Shown here: positions 63,970 through 64,000 of the stretch, in pieces | Numbering within the stretch: position 1 is the stretch's first letter | Layout: each line of letters starts with the position of its first letter | Origin: an uncultured virus (IMG/VR IMGVR_UViG_3300012277_000001) | Lineage: Duplodnaviria; Heunggongvirae; Uroviricota; Caudoviricetes | DNA: 64,000 nucleotides | IMG/VR virus record: IMGVR_UViG_3300012277_000001 | Span: 124,001-188,000 of that record | Direction: 5' to 3' (one strand) | Program-made: the position numbers and the translations under genes | Notes under the pieces: model-generated | Told to the model about the DNA's origin: nothing | Databases searched by the model: none | Seen by the model: only the letters and a program-made list of their open reading frames with translations

Positions 63970-64000
63970 ATGCCTTTCATTTACCTGCCTGAATACACCC
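63970..64000 (+). CDS. 5' end of a gene running out of the window
   Basis: GAGG RBS followed by MPFIYLPEYT. Confidence 0.45.
   Translation, partial: MPFIYLPEYT

Noticed and set aside
63988..64000. 13-nt match CCTGAATACACCC to the minus strand near 11241-11253
   Set aside because: It is a single short match with no flanking similarity, compatible with chance.
1..64000. Nucleus-forming (chimallin/PhuZ, multisubunit RNAP) phage features
   Set aside because: None were recognised in this window; sigma factors and gyrase-like genes suggest a different jumbo lineage, but the rest of the genome is unseen.

Overview
This is a gene-dense segment of a large (jumbo-type) contractile-tailed phage genome, mostly encoded on the minus strand. 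A Pseudomonas-like host and kinship with PaBG/Lu11/phiRSL1-type phages are inferred from gene content only. Recognisable virion and packaging genes are the portal, an intein-containing large terminase, a gp5/VgrG-like spike and S74-chaperone tail-fibre proteins. Replication and recombination genes include DnaB, DnaG, RecA/UvsX, a gp32-like SSB, a 5'-3' exonuclease, a Cas4-like exonuclease, a RuvC-like resolvase, GyrA/GyrB-like subunits, topoisomerase IB and thymidylate kinase. Two sigma70-like factors are also present. The most striking observations are: (1) seven clustered genes (1-6895) with unrelated cargo domains (zincin protease, GNAT, two ART-like proteins, Topo IB) share an N-terminal leader close to MEM-x-L-A-L-A, a candidate capsid-targeting/prohead-protease signal for an injected effector set, with related E-x-A-[TVI]-A-S sites elsewhere; (2) a small protein at 62051-62638 carries a 36-aa copy of a segment of the phage's own portal (17/36 identical, ungapped); (3) a strand-oriented ACTGTAAA motif (18 copies found by eye) and a second (G/C)TAATTT motif are candidate phage promoter classes; (4) many enzymes carry Lys-rich tails, alongside histone-like and poly-acidic proteins including an 80-Glu run; (5) three structured non-coding regions; (6) several apparently dead enzyme homologues and a Tad2-like (DUF2829) anti-defence domain. 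No tRNA, rRNA or CRISPR array was seen. All family assignments are by motif recognition, not database search.
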